Part shown: positions 1-9,092 of the stretch, piece after piece
Layout: the number at the start of each line of letters is the position of its first letter
How positions within the stretch are numbered: the stretch's first letter is position 1
Source of the DNA: Candidatus Enterosoma sp.
GTDB lineage: Bacteria; Bacillota_I; Bacilli_A; RFN20; CAG-288
DNA: 53,515 nt
NCBI GenBank assembly: GCA_050874925.1
Contig: JBNMLQ010000001.1
Location: forward strand, 1-53,515
Direction: 5' to 3'
The notes under the pieces: model-generated
What the model was told of the DNA's origin: nothing
Databases searched by the model: none
Seen by the model: only the letters and a program-made list of their open reading frames with translations
Position numbers and translations under genes: made by a program

Positions 1-508
1 GGAAGGCAGACTTCCTGGAAGCCTCATCATGTCCGTTGGTATAGACGACGGCCTTGTCACCTCCGCTGCGATCGACGAAGACGTTCGTCGAAAGAGCGAG
101 GGAAACGACATTTCCTTGTCTGGTATAGGTGCCAAGCATGTTGAAGGAAGAGATGGTCCTGTTGGAACTGGCGGTCTCCTCTCTCTTGAGATTGACAAGC
201 ATGAAGCGATTCTGGTTAAGAAGGGTCAGCTGCTGGGTAGACTTGACGTTTCCCTGAGTGCTGACGACACGGTAGACCTGAGGGACAAAGACATCGGCAT
301 CCGTATTGCCGGAGGAAGTGTTGCCGGAATCCGTGTTTCCGGAATTGCTGGCATTCGGCTTGGTGTACTGCTTTTCGACATTGTTGAGATAGATGTTGTA
401 GAACAGGCCAAACAAAGAGAAATTGGAATAATCGCAGGAAGTCAGCAGGGAACAGCTGAGCAATCCGAGGCCTGCGGTAAGGACAAACTTTTTCTTATTC
501 TTGTTCAT
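1..508 (-). CDS. Putative secreted lipoprotein; its 3' end runs off the window, so the ORF track missed it (no stop seen)
   Basis: Reverse-strand ATG at 508 is preceded by AGGAGAG. Translation starts MNKNKKKFVLTAGLGLLSCSLLTSC (basic N-terminus, hydrophobic core, L-L-S-C lipobox), followed by an N/S/G/T-rich linker. It begins 5 nt after the GH3 stop, so it is probably co-transcribed. Confidence 0.6.
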   Translation of the reverse strand, partial: MNKNKKKFVLTAGLGLLSCSLLTSCDYSNFSLFGLFYNIYLNNVEKQYTKPNASNSGNTDSGNTSSGNTDADVFVPQVYRVVSTQGNVKSTQQLTLLNQNRFMLVNLKREETASSNRTISSFNMLGTYTRQGNVVSLALSTNVFVDRSGGDKAVVYTNGHDEASRKSAF

Positions 509-513
509 ATTTC

Positions 514-3500
514 TTACTCTCCTGCATTGACAGCTCCATCAGAGAGCTTCTTGAACTTCATATACTTCATCTGCTTGACACAAGCGATGACAAGAAGGAC
601 GACACAGGCAACGCCACAATAGATGATGCCATCGATGATGGCCATCTGCCACCAGGTCAGGACATTGAGAATGACGGTTCCGTCGGTAAGTCCGTTCATG
701 GCATTGGAGTTGGCAGTGACATAGAGGATTCTATGGCAGGCCTGTCTCATGCAGTTGGTCATATGGACGTCGTTCTTCTTTTCAAGTCTCTTCAGGAAGG
801 ACTTCTGGGAATTGTCGGAAGAACTGTCGAACGTATCGGTTCCGGCAGGAACGGCAAGATACGGATCGTAGGTGGAACGGTTGTGAACCGATGTCGTGAC
901 ACCGGAAGTGGTATAGTCGGAGACGGAATATCCATCCATGCCCCATTCATGTCTCAAGACGTTGGTCATAAGTCCTTCATGGGCACTGGACCAGATGACA
1001 CCGACTCTGGAGAAGGCAGTCATGACATTGTGGGCACCGCCTTCCTTGACGGCAAGCTCGAAAGGCTTGAGGTAGATTTCACGGATGGACTGCTCGTTGG
1101 CAAAGGTAGAGATGGAACGGCAATGAGTTTCTTCGTCATTCAAGGCAAAATGCTTGATGAAAACATAGACGCCCTTGGACTGGATGCCTTTGACTTCACT
1201 GGCAGCAATCTTTCCGGCAAGGAATCCGTCTTCGGAATAATATTCGAAGTTTCTACCGGAATAGGCAGTCCTGTGGGTATTCATGGCAGGACCATAAAGT
1301 CCGTTGTAACCGAGTCTGAGACCATCTTCACCGATATGCTTTCCGACTTCCTCCATGAAAGAGGTATTCCATGTGGCTGCCATGATGTTCTCATCAGTAT
1401 AGGCGCACATGGTCTTGGAGTTGCCGGTGATATCGGTAAGGCTTCCGGAGAAGCCCTGAGGACCGTTTTCATCCTTGGTCTGAGGTTTTCCGACGCTGGT
1501 GACTGCAGCCATGCCATGGTAGCCCAAGCCGACCATGGAAGCCATGTCATCATAGGAAAGCTGATCAAGAAGCATTTCCCACTTCTCATCGTCGTAGGCC
1601 TTGCCACGGAGCATGATCAAGGAAAGGCCATTGTTCTGGTTCATCTTCGGCATGGTCTCGCCTTCGACGGTGGCAGGAACATATTCCTTGATACCGGTCA
1701 TCTCATCATGAAGCTTCTGATTGAGGGCAATCTTTTCACGAGTCGGCCAGGTAGAGACCCAGTTGCTTCTGGAAAGATAATCCATGTCGGCTAGTCCATA
1801 GTAGCTTAAGGAAGCAGAATCCATCTGATTGGTGATCTTGTTTCCGTCAGCACCCTTGGAATAGGTCTCGTCATCGATGACGGAGACATCGAATTCATAG
1901 ACATTGTCGGCATTACCCTCGGAAGAATCGCTTCCGACGGCCTTCATCAGGTTCTTGTTGGCGCTCCCCTTCTTGGCAATGATGTTGTTCAAGGCATCAT
2001 GGGCATTGTTTCCGACGGAAAGGAAGTATTTGCCGGCATCCAGGATATAGGTCTTCTTGCCCTTGGCATCATAGGTGGCAAATTCAGAACGATCGACAGA
2101 AATCGTGACCTTTTCCTTGGCACCGGGCTCGAGTTCCTTGGTCTTGGCAAAGCCACAGAGTTCGACAGCGGACTTCTCGATGCTGTTTTCCTTGTCGTAA
2201 TCCGTATATTCGCTCTGGAAATAGACTTCGACGACATCCTTGCCCTTGCTCTTGCCGGTGTTGGTGACGGTCACAGTGACATCGATGGTGTCATTCTTCT
2301 CATCATTTTTGAATTCCGGCTTGGAATGTTCGAAGGTGGTATAGCTTAGGCCATATCCAAAAGGATAGGCGACGTTGTCAAGATAGCTATATTCGCCGAC
2401 ACCGCTCTTCTGATAGACATAATCCTCATAACGGGTCTCATAATAGCGATATCCGACATAGATGCCTTCCTTGTAGGCATTGTAATACATGGTGGAATCC
2501 AGACTGATGTCCTTCATATCCTTGGAATAATCATTGACATTGGTCCAGGTTTCAGAATAGAAGTTCTCCATGGCAGGGTTGGTCGTGTTATCGTTGCAAT
2601 AAGTATCAACAAGCCTTCCGCTCGGAGAGACATTTCCGGCAAGAAGATCGGCAACGCCTTCCAGACCCTGAAGACCGGTATAACCGATCCACAAAGCTGC
2701 ATCGACCTTGGAATCACCCTTGGTCAGGAAATCACATTCGATAGGGTTTGCCGAGTTGACAAGAACGATGACCTTCTTGAAGGTGGACTTGGCATGATCG
2801 ATAAGATCCAGTTCGTTCTTGGTCAGTTCCAGGGAGTTTCCGCTTCCGTTGACGGTCTCATCGGCATTGCCCTGATGTTGTGTATCACTGGGAAGGTCAT
2901 ACATTTCTCCGCCGAGTCTGGATACGACGATGACGGCAGCATCGTTATAGGAGCTCAAAGAGTTGCTGACACCATTGGCGGCAGTCAGGGTATTCCACGG
3001 GATTTCATTGACGGTGTAAGAGCCCTTGACGCCTCCGTCTCCGCCACGTATGGAATTGTCACCCTTCTTCGGATTGGTCTGATAAGCCTTCAGGATATCC
3101 GGGTTGGAATAATAATCCCAGACGGTCTTGTTCACATCAAAGCCACGCTTCGTCAGTGTTTCATAAAGATTCGGTGCAGCGTCCGCATTGATGTCGGCAG
3201 AACCTGTTCCGCAGACAAGCATGTTGCAGCTGGAATGTCCCAAGAGAGTGATCTTCTCCGTCTTCTGAAGTGGCAATGCATTGTTTTTGTTCTTCAAAAG
3301 GACGGAACCTTCCTCGGTGAGTTCTTCGGCAATCTTCTTGTCGGCTTCCATAAGTTCGTTATCGGACTTGTAGTCGCTCTTGAAATACTCGGTGTCGATG
3401 GCATCCGTATTGGTTGCCTGAATCGTCTTGGTACCGGAAAGCTGCAAAGCCATGTTGATGACGTTCCTATAGTTGTAGGTGATGCCATAGGCGATGCCAA

Positions 3501-3654
3501 GAGCGATGGACAAAGCTCCTGTGATGCCTGCGGCAACATATAGTCCAATAGGCTTCTTGGGATCCTTGTTGGGCTTTTTGGAAGAATCCTCAGCGGATAC
3601 AGTCTCCACTTTCTCTTCTTCCTTCTTGTTTTCCATAGATTCGTTTTCTTCCAT
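514..3654 (-). CDS. Glycoside hydrolase family 3 (beta-glucosidase/beta-xylosidase-like), membrane-anchored, with permuted domain order
   Basis: ORF track 514..3672. The barrel-domain motif KHFALNDEE and the nucleophile-type GYSVSDY lie near the C-terminus. Sandwich-domain motifs (LLKNKNNALPL, VIVLVNSANPIE, YPFGYGLSYTTF) and an Fn3-like segment come first. Hydrophobic helices sit near both termini. Start moved to ATG 3654 because AAGGAGG lies 8 nt upstream of it; the ATG at 3672 has no SD. Confidence 0.85.
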   Translation of the reverse strand: MEENESMENKKEEEKVETVSAEDSSKKPNKDPKKPIGLYVAAGITGALSIALGIAYGITYNYRNVINMALQLSGTKTIQATNTDAIDTEYFKSDYKSDNELMEADKKIAEELTEEGSVLLKNKNNALPLQKTEKITLLGHSSCNMLVCGTGSADINADAAPNLYETLTKRGFDVNKTVWDYYSNPDILKAYQTNPKKGDNSIRGGDGGVKGSYTVNEIPWNTLTAANGVSNSLSSYNDAAVIVVSRLGGEMYDLPSDTQHQGNADETVNGSGNSLELTKNELDLIDHAKSTFKKVIVLVNSANPIECDFLTKGDSKVDAALWIGYTGLQGLEGVADLLAGNVSPSGRLVDTYCNDNTTNPAMENFYSETWTNVNDYSKDMKDISLDSTMYYNAYKEGIYVGYRYYETRYEDYVYQKSGVGEYSYLDNVAYPFGYGLSYTTFEHSKPEFKNDEKNDTIDVTVTVTNTGKSKGKDVVEVYFQSEYTDYDKENSIEKSAVELCGFAKTKELEPGAKEKVTISVDRSEFATYDAKGKKTYILDAGKYFLSVGNNAHDALNNIIAKKGSANKNLMKAVGSDSSEGNADNVYEFDVSVIDDETYSKGADGNKITNQMDSASLSYYGLADMDYLSRSNWVSTWPTREKIALNQKLHDEMTGIKEYVPATVEGETMPKMNQNNGLSLIMLRGKAYDDEKWEMLLDQLSYDDMASMVGLGYHGMAAVTSVGKPQTKDENGPQGFSGSLTDITGNSKTMCAYTDENIMAATWNTSFMEEVGKHIGEDGLRLGYNGLYGPAMNTHRTAYSGRNFEYYSEDGFLAGKIAASEVKGIQSKGVYVFIKHFALNDEETHCRSISTFANEQSIREIYLKPFELAVKEGGAHNVMTAFSRVGVIWSSAHEGLMTNVLRHEWGMDGYSVSDYTTSGVTTSVHNRSTYDPYLAVPAGTDTFDSSSDNSQKSFLKRLEKKNDVHMTNCMRQACHRILYVTANSNAMNGLTDGTVILNVLTWWQMAIIDGIIYCGVACVVLLVIACVKQMKYMKFKKLSDGAVNAGE

Positions 3655-3950
3655 TGAATCGACCTCCTTCATCTATGTTTTTTGCATAGAGTATTATGGC
3701 ACTATGCTTTGCAAATAATATTCTTAATATTTGTAATTATTGCATTTTTTGCAAATTTTAGCATTGATTTCTAAAATTAATACATATCAATTTGCAATTC
3801 TAATGTATTTTTTGCAATCTGTATCAATCCATGCAATCATTACGTTCTCTCTCCCCTATCCATTCCATCCGTCTCGATTTTCTTTCCCGATAAAAGAAAA
3901 GGAAGCAAACGTCGTATAATAGATTCGTTCAAAAGGACGAACCAAACAGA

Positions 3951-4337
3951 ATGGACCACAAAAAAGAAATCCAAGAATTGTCAAAAGAATTCGCTTCTTC
4001 TAGAAAGCTGCTCTCTGCCATCGGCGACGAGACCAGGATCCACATCATCATTGAAATGATGAACTGCGGAAACTGCTCAGGCCTCCGTGTCAACGAAATC
4101 ACAAGGACCAGCCACCTCTCCAGGCCTGCCATCAGCCATCATCTGAAGATCATGAAGGATGCCGGCTTGGTCAAGATGCGAAAGGAAGGAACGAAGAACT
4201 ACTATTATTTCGATCCGGAACAGGACAGTCTTCAAAGTCTCATCGACATGCTGAATCATGCCTCGGAAATTCTGAAGACAATGCCAGACCGAAGCAAGGA
4301 AACCAAGAAAGGAAACCAAGACCATGGAACTCATTGA
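3951..4337 (+). CDS. ArsR/SmtB-family transcriptional regulator
   Basis: 128 aa. Winged-HTH signature LSRPAISHHLKIMKDAGLVKMRKEGTKNYYY. Overlaps the downstream gene by 14 nt. Confidence 0.85.
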   Translation: MDHKKEIQELSKEFASSRKLLSAIGDETRIHIIIEMMNCGNCSGLRVNEITRTSHLSRPAISHHLKIMKDAGLVKMRKEGTKNYYYFDPEQDSLQSLIDMLNHASEILKTMPDRSKETKKGNQDHGTH

Positions 4338-4980
4338 AGTCATGAAGAGCCGTCACAGCGTAAGACAATACCAAAGCAAACCGATTGAAGAAGAAAAGAA
4401 AGCTGTCCTTGATACCCTCATAGCGGAAATCAACCAAGAGAACAGTCTCCATATCCAGGCCATCTATGACGAGCCGAAGTGCTTTGATTCCTTCATGGCA
4501 CACTATGGAAAATTCAGCGGTGTGGAAAATTACATCGCCCTCATCGGAAAGAAGTCAGACACCTTGGATGAGACACTCGGCTATCAGGGAGAGAGAATCG
4601 TTTTGAAGGCTCAGGAACTTGGTCTGAACACCTGTTTTGTCGCTATGACCCACGGAAAAAGCAAGGCGGTCATTCAGAAAGGTGAGAAACTTGTTTGTCT
4701 CATCGCCTTAGGCTATGGCGTCACCCAAGGGGTCAGCCACCGAAGCAAGCCGATCGAAAAGGTAAGCAACGCCAAAGAAGACTCTCCTACCTGGTTCTTA
4801 AAGGGAGTCGATGCCGCCCTTCTTGCACCGACAGCCATGAACCAGCAGAAGTTCCGTTTTGAACTCCTGGAAGACGGCCAGGTGAAAAGAAGCACCAAAG
4901 CTGGATTCTATACCAAGCTTGACCTAGGTATCGTAAACTGCCACTTTGAGATGATATCCGGTAAGAAAACGATTGAATGA
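4324..4980 (+). CDS. Nitroreductase-family protein
   Basis: 218 aa. N-terminal MKSRHSVRQYQSKPI motif typical of the nitroreductase fold. Translationally coupled to arsR. Confidence 0.8.
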   Translation: MELIEVMKSRHSVRQYQSKPIEEEKKAVLDTLIAEINQENSLHIQAIYDEPKCFDSFMAHYGKFSGVENYIALIGKKSDTLDETLGYQGERIVLKAQELGLNTCFVAMTHGKSKAVIQKGEKLVCLIALGYGVTQGVSHRSKPIEKVSNAKEDSPTWFLKGVDAALLAPTAMNQQKFRFELLEDGQVKRSTKAGFYTKLDLGIVNCHFEMISGKKTIE

Positions 4981-4993
4981 AACCAAAAAAATA

Positions 4994-5024
4994 GCCTTAG
5001 GCATGAAGCCTAAGGCATTTTTTT
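4994..5024. terminator. Bidirectional intrinsic terminator between the nitroreductase gene and rplQ
   Basis: Perfect 9-bp stem GCCTTAGGC / GCCTAAGGC with a 5-nt loop, an A-run upstream and a T-run downstream. Sits between convergent genes. Confidence 0.75.
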
Positions 5025-5029
5025 GTAGA

Positions 5030-5437
5030 TTAGTCGACGAAGGCTAAGATGGCCATCGGGGCATTGTCGCCACGACGATTGTAAGTCTTCAGGACTCTGG
5101 TGTAGCCACCGTTTCTGTCCTTGTACTTCGGGCCATAGACATCGAAGAGCTTCTGCAAGGCATTCTTGCCGGTCTTCGGATCGATGAATCCCTGTTCACG
5201 GACAAATCTGGCAGCAAGACGGCGGTTTGCAAGATCACCGGCCTTGGCATAGGTGACAAGGCGTTCGGCTTCCTGGCTTGCACGCTTGGCAACCGTCAAA
5301 GTGACTTCGACCTGACCAGAGATGATAAGCTGAGAAACGACGTTTCTGAGCATATTCTTTCTCTTGTCGGAAGTATAACCGGCCTTGAAGCGGACACCGC
5401 CCTTGCCGTGTACATTTCTTCTACCAATAGTACTCAT
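5030..5437 (-). CDS. rplQ: 50S ribosomal protein L17 (with N-terminal extension)
   Basis: Core GYTSDKRKNMLRNVVSQLI...RLVTYAKAGDLANRR matches L17. SD GAGAGG lies 8 nt upstream. Last gene of the alpha operon. Confidence 0.95.
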   Translation of the reverse strand: MSTIGRRNVHGKGGVRFKAGYTSDKRKNMLRNVVSQLIISGQVEVTLTVAKRASQEAERLVTYAKAGDLANRRLAARFVREQGFIDPKTGKNALQKLFDVYGPKYKDRNGGYTRVLKTYNRRGDNAPMAILAFVD

Positions 5438-5453
5438 AGTAGTTTACCTCTCT

Positions 5454-6425
5454 TTACTTCTTGGTGTTATCGTCATGCTGGAGGGATAAACCGAAGGCCG
5501 CCAACTTGTCGAGAATTTCCTTATAGGACTTCTTTCCAAGGTTACGGACGGTCATCAGTTCGGATTCCTTCATGTTGCAAAGTTCCTGGACGGTCTTCAG
5601 TCCATTTCTCTTGAGACAGTTGTAGGAACGGACGGAAAGGTCCAGATCCTCAAGAGTCATCGAATTGAACTGATTCTCAGGCTTTTCTTTGCTGGTGGCC
5701 ATGACTGTCGCATCCTTGACAGCCTGGTTGAGATCTTCGAAGAGCTTGAAGTGCTCATCGAGGATTTTGGCAGCCAAAGCAACAGCGTCGCTGGCTTCCA
5801 TGCTTCCATCGGTCGTAACATCGATGACAAGCTTTTCATAGTTGGCGTCGTGGCCGACACGGGTCGGCTCGACGGTGATGTTGGCTTTGACAATTGGAGA
5901 GAAGTTGGAATCGACAGCAATCAATCCTAACGGCCAATTGGAAGCCTTGTTTTCTTCAGCAGTGATGAATCCACGGCCCTTCTTGGCGTATAAGGACATA
6001 CGGATGTGACCGCCCTTGGCAAGATGGCAGATGACCATCTCCTTGTTGACGACGGAAACCATGTCCGGGCAGACGATATCTCCGGCCTTGACGGTCTTTT
6101 CATCGTCTTTGGCAGTGACATCGAGCTTCAGGATCTTGTCTTCATCGATATCGGAATCATCATGGAGGACGAGTTCCTTGATGTTGAGGACAATCTGCGT
6201 CAGGTCTTCAACTACACCTGGAAGTGGAGTGTATTCATGACGTGCGCCATCGACTTCGATGGCATAGACGGCAATACCAGGTAAAGAGGAGAGAAGGACT
6301 CTTCTCAAAGCGTTACCGACAGTGACACCATAACCCGTTTCAAGCGGAGTGACGGTGAAACGTCCATAATTCGGACGGATGTCGGATTTGTCGATATTGA
6401 ACTTCGGCTGTTCGAATTCTTTCAT
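5454..6425 (-). CDS. rpoA: DNA-directed RNA polymerase alpha subunit
   Basis: 323 aa. GNALRRVLLSSLPG and the C-terminal LDLSVRSYNCLKR motif. Canonical position. Confidence 0.97.
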   Translation of the reverse strand: MKEFEQPKFNIDKSDIRPNYGRFTVTPLETGYGVTVGNALRRVLLSSLPGIAVYAIEVDGARHEYTPLPGVVEDLTQIVLNIKELVLHDDSDIDEDKILKLDVTAKDDEKTVKAGDIVCPDMVSVVNKEMVICHLAKGGHIRMSLYAKKGRGFITAEENKASNWPLGLIAVDSNFSPIVKANITVEPTRVGHDANYEKLVIDVTTDGSMEASDAVALAAKILDEHFKLFEDLNQAVKDATVMATSKEKPENQFNSMTLEDLDLSVRSYNCLKRNGLKTVQELCNMKESELMTVRNLGKKSYKEILDKLAAFGLSLQHDDNTKK

Positions 6426-6449
6426 TCTAGCTCTCCTTTCCGCTATTCT

Positions 6450-6842
6450 TTAACCGCGAGGCTTCTTGGCCGGACGGCAGCCGTTATGCGGAATCGGAGT
6501 GACATCAGCGATGGAAAGGACCTTAAGGCCGGCAGCTTCCAAAGCTCTGGTAGCAGTTTCTCTGCCCGGGCCAGGACCCTTGATTTCGACATCGACACTT
6601 CTCAATCCACGATCAAAGCAGGTCTTGGCAACATTGGTTGCAGCGATCTGGGCAGCAAAAGGAGTGGACTTTCTGCTTCCGGAATAGCCGGAGGTACCAG
6701 CGCTGGCCCAAGCGATGACTCTACCCTGTTCATCAGAGATAGAAATGATGGTGTTGGAGAAAGTCGCATGGATGTGAGCGACACCCTTGGTAAAGTTAAG
6801 CTTTGCCTTCTTCTTTCTGATAGTAGTCTTTTTATCAGCCAT
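6450..6842 (-). CDS. rpsK: 30S ribosomal protein S11
   Basis: 130 aa. [18 protein letters not shown]...[14 protein letters not shown]. Confidence 0.97.
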   Translation of the reverse strand: MADKKTTIRKKKAKLNFTKGVAHIHATFSNTIISISDEQGRVIAWASAGTSGYSGSRKSTPFAAQIAATNVAKTCFDRGLRSVDVEIKGPGPGRETATRALEAAGLKVLSIADVTPIPHNGCRPAKKPRG

Positions 6843-6860
6843 TTTATTCTATCCTCCCGA

Positions 6861-7235
6861 TTACATTGTTGCTTTCTTATGGTTGGCAACAGTCTTTCTC
6901 GGACCCTTGCAGGTACGAGCATTGGTCTTGTCTCTCTGGCCACGGCAAGGAAGGTTCTTCTTATGTCTCTGACCACGATAGGTACCGATTTCTTCAAGTC
7001 TCTTGATATCAAGAGCATACTGCCTGCGGAGGTCACCTTCGACGACATACTTGGCGACTTCGTTTCTGACGGCAGTCAGTTCTTCTTCAGAACAATCTTT
7101 GACACGCTTGGTGCCATCAACTTTAGCATCGACGACAATTTTCTTGGCAGTGGTGAGTCCGATACCATAGATGTAACGGAGGGAATAGACCAACTGCTTG
7201 TCGTTCGGAATATCAACGCCTGCAATACGAGCCAT
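6861..7235 (-). CDS. rpsM: 30S ribosomal protein S13
   Basis: 124 aa. [14 protein letters not shown]...YRGQRH. Confidence 0.97.
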   Translation of the reverse strand: MARIAGVDIPNDKQLVYSLRYIYGIGLTTAKKIVVDAKVDGTKRVKDCSEEELTAVRNEVAKYVVEGDLRRQYALDIKRLEEIGTYRGQRHKKNLPCRGQRDKTNARTCKGPRKTVANHKKATM

Positions 7236-7255
7236 ATTTATCCGATGTCCTTTCT

Positions 7256-7369
7256 TTAACCCTGTCTCTGCTTATGCTTTGGATTGGAGCAGATGACCAT
7301 GACACGTCCCTTACGCTTAATAACTCTGCACTTATCGCAGATCGGCTTAACTGAAGCTCTAACTTTCAT
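7256..7369 (-). CDS. rpmJ: 50S ribosomal protein L36 (Cys-containing form)
   Basis: Not in the ORF track (37 aa). Hand translation: [37 protein letters not shown], then stop. Lies between infA and rpsM as expected. Confidence 0.92.
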   Translation of the reverse strand: MKVRASVKPICDKCRVIKRKGRVMVICSNPKHKQRQG

Positions 7370-7396
7370 TGTTAAGTTCTCCTTTAAAAGTCTTCT

Positions 7397-7615
7397 TTAC
7401 TTGAATCGGTACACGATGCAGCCATTTGTGACATCATAAGGAGAGATTTCAACCGTAACCTTGTCTCCGGGAAGAATATGAATCTTGTTCATCCTCATTT
7501 TGCCGGAAACCCTGGCGCGGATTACGGCGCCACCGTCGAGTTGTACCGAAAACTTCTCGCCGGGCAGGGAATCGAGAACCGTTCCCTCCATCTTAATGAA
7601 ATCTTCTCTGCTCAT
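7397..7615 (-). CDS. infA: Translation initiation factor IF-1
   Basis: 72 aa. S1-like fold sequence [19 protein letters not shown]...[13 protein letters not shown]. Confidence 0.97.
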   Translation of the reverse strand: MSREDFIKMEGTVLDSLPGEKFSVQLDGGAVIRARVSGKMRMNKIHILPGDKVTVEISPYDVTNGCIVYRFK

Positions 7616-8418
7616 TCTTTGCTTTCATTCTCCAATTCTTTTAGATGTCGTTTGACATTGGAGTCAACCGACGTAACGACTGCCCCATCAGAAGTGATGA
7701 CGACATCATTCTCATAGTGACAGGTCAGCTTATGATCGGCTGATACGACACCCCAGCCGTCCTTTTGAGTGATGATATCACTTTTTCCGGACATGACCAT
7801 GGGTTCGATGGCAAGACACATGCCTTCTCTCAGATAGGGGCCGAGTCCCATTTCCGGAGAGTAGTAATTGTAGATGAACGGATCTTCATGCATCTCTTTT
7901 CCGATGCCATGGCCACCATACTCTTTGACGAGCGAGTAGCCATACTTATCGGCGGTTCTCTGAATGGCCATGCTGATTTCATACAGATGGCGACCAGGCT
8001 TGAGAACCTTGAAAGCCTCCCAGAAACATTCTTCGGTGCAACGGATGAGCCGTTTCGCTTCATCGGAGATATTTCCTACGGCGAACGTTCTGCAGGCATC
8101 GCCATTGAAACCGTTGCTGTCAAGGTTTCCCATGTCGATGGAGAGAATGTCACCTTCCTGCAAGACTACACTTTTCGACGGAATCCCATGAATCAAAGTG
8201 GAATTGACGGATGCACACACTGCCCAATGATAGCCTTCTTCCAAAGAGAAGTTCGGCTGACCACCGGTTTCGCGGATAAACTTTTCAGCAAGTTTGTCGA
8301 TTTCGGCAGTGGAACGTCCAGGTCTGATTTCCTGAGCCAAAAGGTCGAAAATCGGACCGAGCTTGTTTCCAGCTTCCACCATCTTTTCCATTTCTCGTTT
8401 GGTTTTGATGATGATCAT
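7612..8418 (-). CDS. map: Type I methionine aminopeptidase
   Basis: 268 aa. Metal-ligand context [13 protein letters not shown] and the CHYEN-type C-terminal motif. Overlaps the adk stop and the infA start. Confidence 0.95.
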   Translation of the reverse strand: MIIIKTKREMEKMVEAGNKLGPIFDLLAQEIRPGRSTAEIDKLAEKFIRETGGQPNFSLEEGYHWAVCASVNSTLIHGIPSKSVVLQEGDILSIDMGNLDSNGFNGDACRTFAVGNISDEAKRLIRCTEECFWEAFKVLKPGRHLYEISMAIQRTADKYGYSLVKEYGGHGIGKEMHEDPFIYNYYSPEMGLGPYLREGMCLAIEPMVMSGKSDIITQKDGWGVVSADHKLTCHYENDVVITSDGAVVTSVDSNVKRHLKELENESKE

Positions 8419-9089
8419 TATTCCGCCTCTGAGAGAGCCTTCTTAACGTCTGCAAAGACTTCATCGATAGACTGGAGGGCATTGACTTCACTCACGACGC
8501 CTTTCTTGGCATAGTAATCGGCAATCGGGAATGTTTGGTCGGCATAGGCCTTCAGACGTACCTTGAAAGCTTCCGCATTGTCATCCTTGCGCTGTATCAG
8601 GGTTGCACCGCAGCTGTCGCATACACCTTCGACCTTCGGTTTCTTGGTGTTGATGTTGTAGCTGGCGCCGCAGTTGGGACACACACGCCTTGATGTGATA
8701 CGGCCGGTCAGTACTTCATCATCTGCCGTCAGAAGGATGACGGAGTTGATTTTCCTTCCCAGCTTTGCAAGCATCGTATCCAGGGCTTCTGCCTGAGGAA
8801 TGGTTCTCGGGAATCCGTCAAGAAGGAAACCCTTCCTGCAATCATCCTTGGAGATGCGTTCTTCGACAAGGCCGATGATGACATCATCCGGAACAAGCTT
8901 TCCGGCATTCATGTATTCAGCGGCTTTCAAGCCCAATGGAGTCTTATCGGAAACAGCACTGCGCAGCATATCGCCGGTCGAAATGTGAGGAACGGCGAAG
9001 TTGCTGACAATCAATTCCGACTGGGTACCCTTGCCAGCGGCAGGGGGACCCATCAGAATGATATTCAATTCTTTGTTTTCAGTAGTCAT
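8418..9089 (-). CDS. adk: Adenylate kinase (zinc-lid type)
   Basis: 223 aa. P-loop GPPAAGKGTQ and a lid with CPNCG...CDSCG. Confidence 0.97.
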   Translation of the reverse strand: MTTENKELNIILMGPPAAGKGTQSELIVSNFAVPHISTGDMLRSAVSDKTPLGLKAAEYMNAGKLVPDDVIIGLVEERISKDDCRKGFLLDGFPRTIPQAEALDTMLAKLGRKINSVILLTADDEVLTGRITSRRVCPNCGASYNINTKKPKVEGVCDSCGATLIQRKDDNAEAFKVRLKAYADQTFPIADYYAKKGVVSEVNALQSIDEVFADVKKALSEAE

Positions 9090-9092
9090 TGT

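Noticed and set aside
29-622. 197-aa plus-strand ORF at the left edge
   Set aside because: It lies antisense to a minus-strand lipoprotein gene that has a clean SD, signal peptide and lipobox. It has low-complexity G/I/D-rich content and no SD.
733-3543. Plus-strand ORFs of 353, 116 and 249 aa inside the GH3 gene
   Set aside because: These are shadow ORFs antisense to a gene with unmistakable GH3 motifs.
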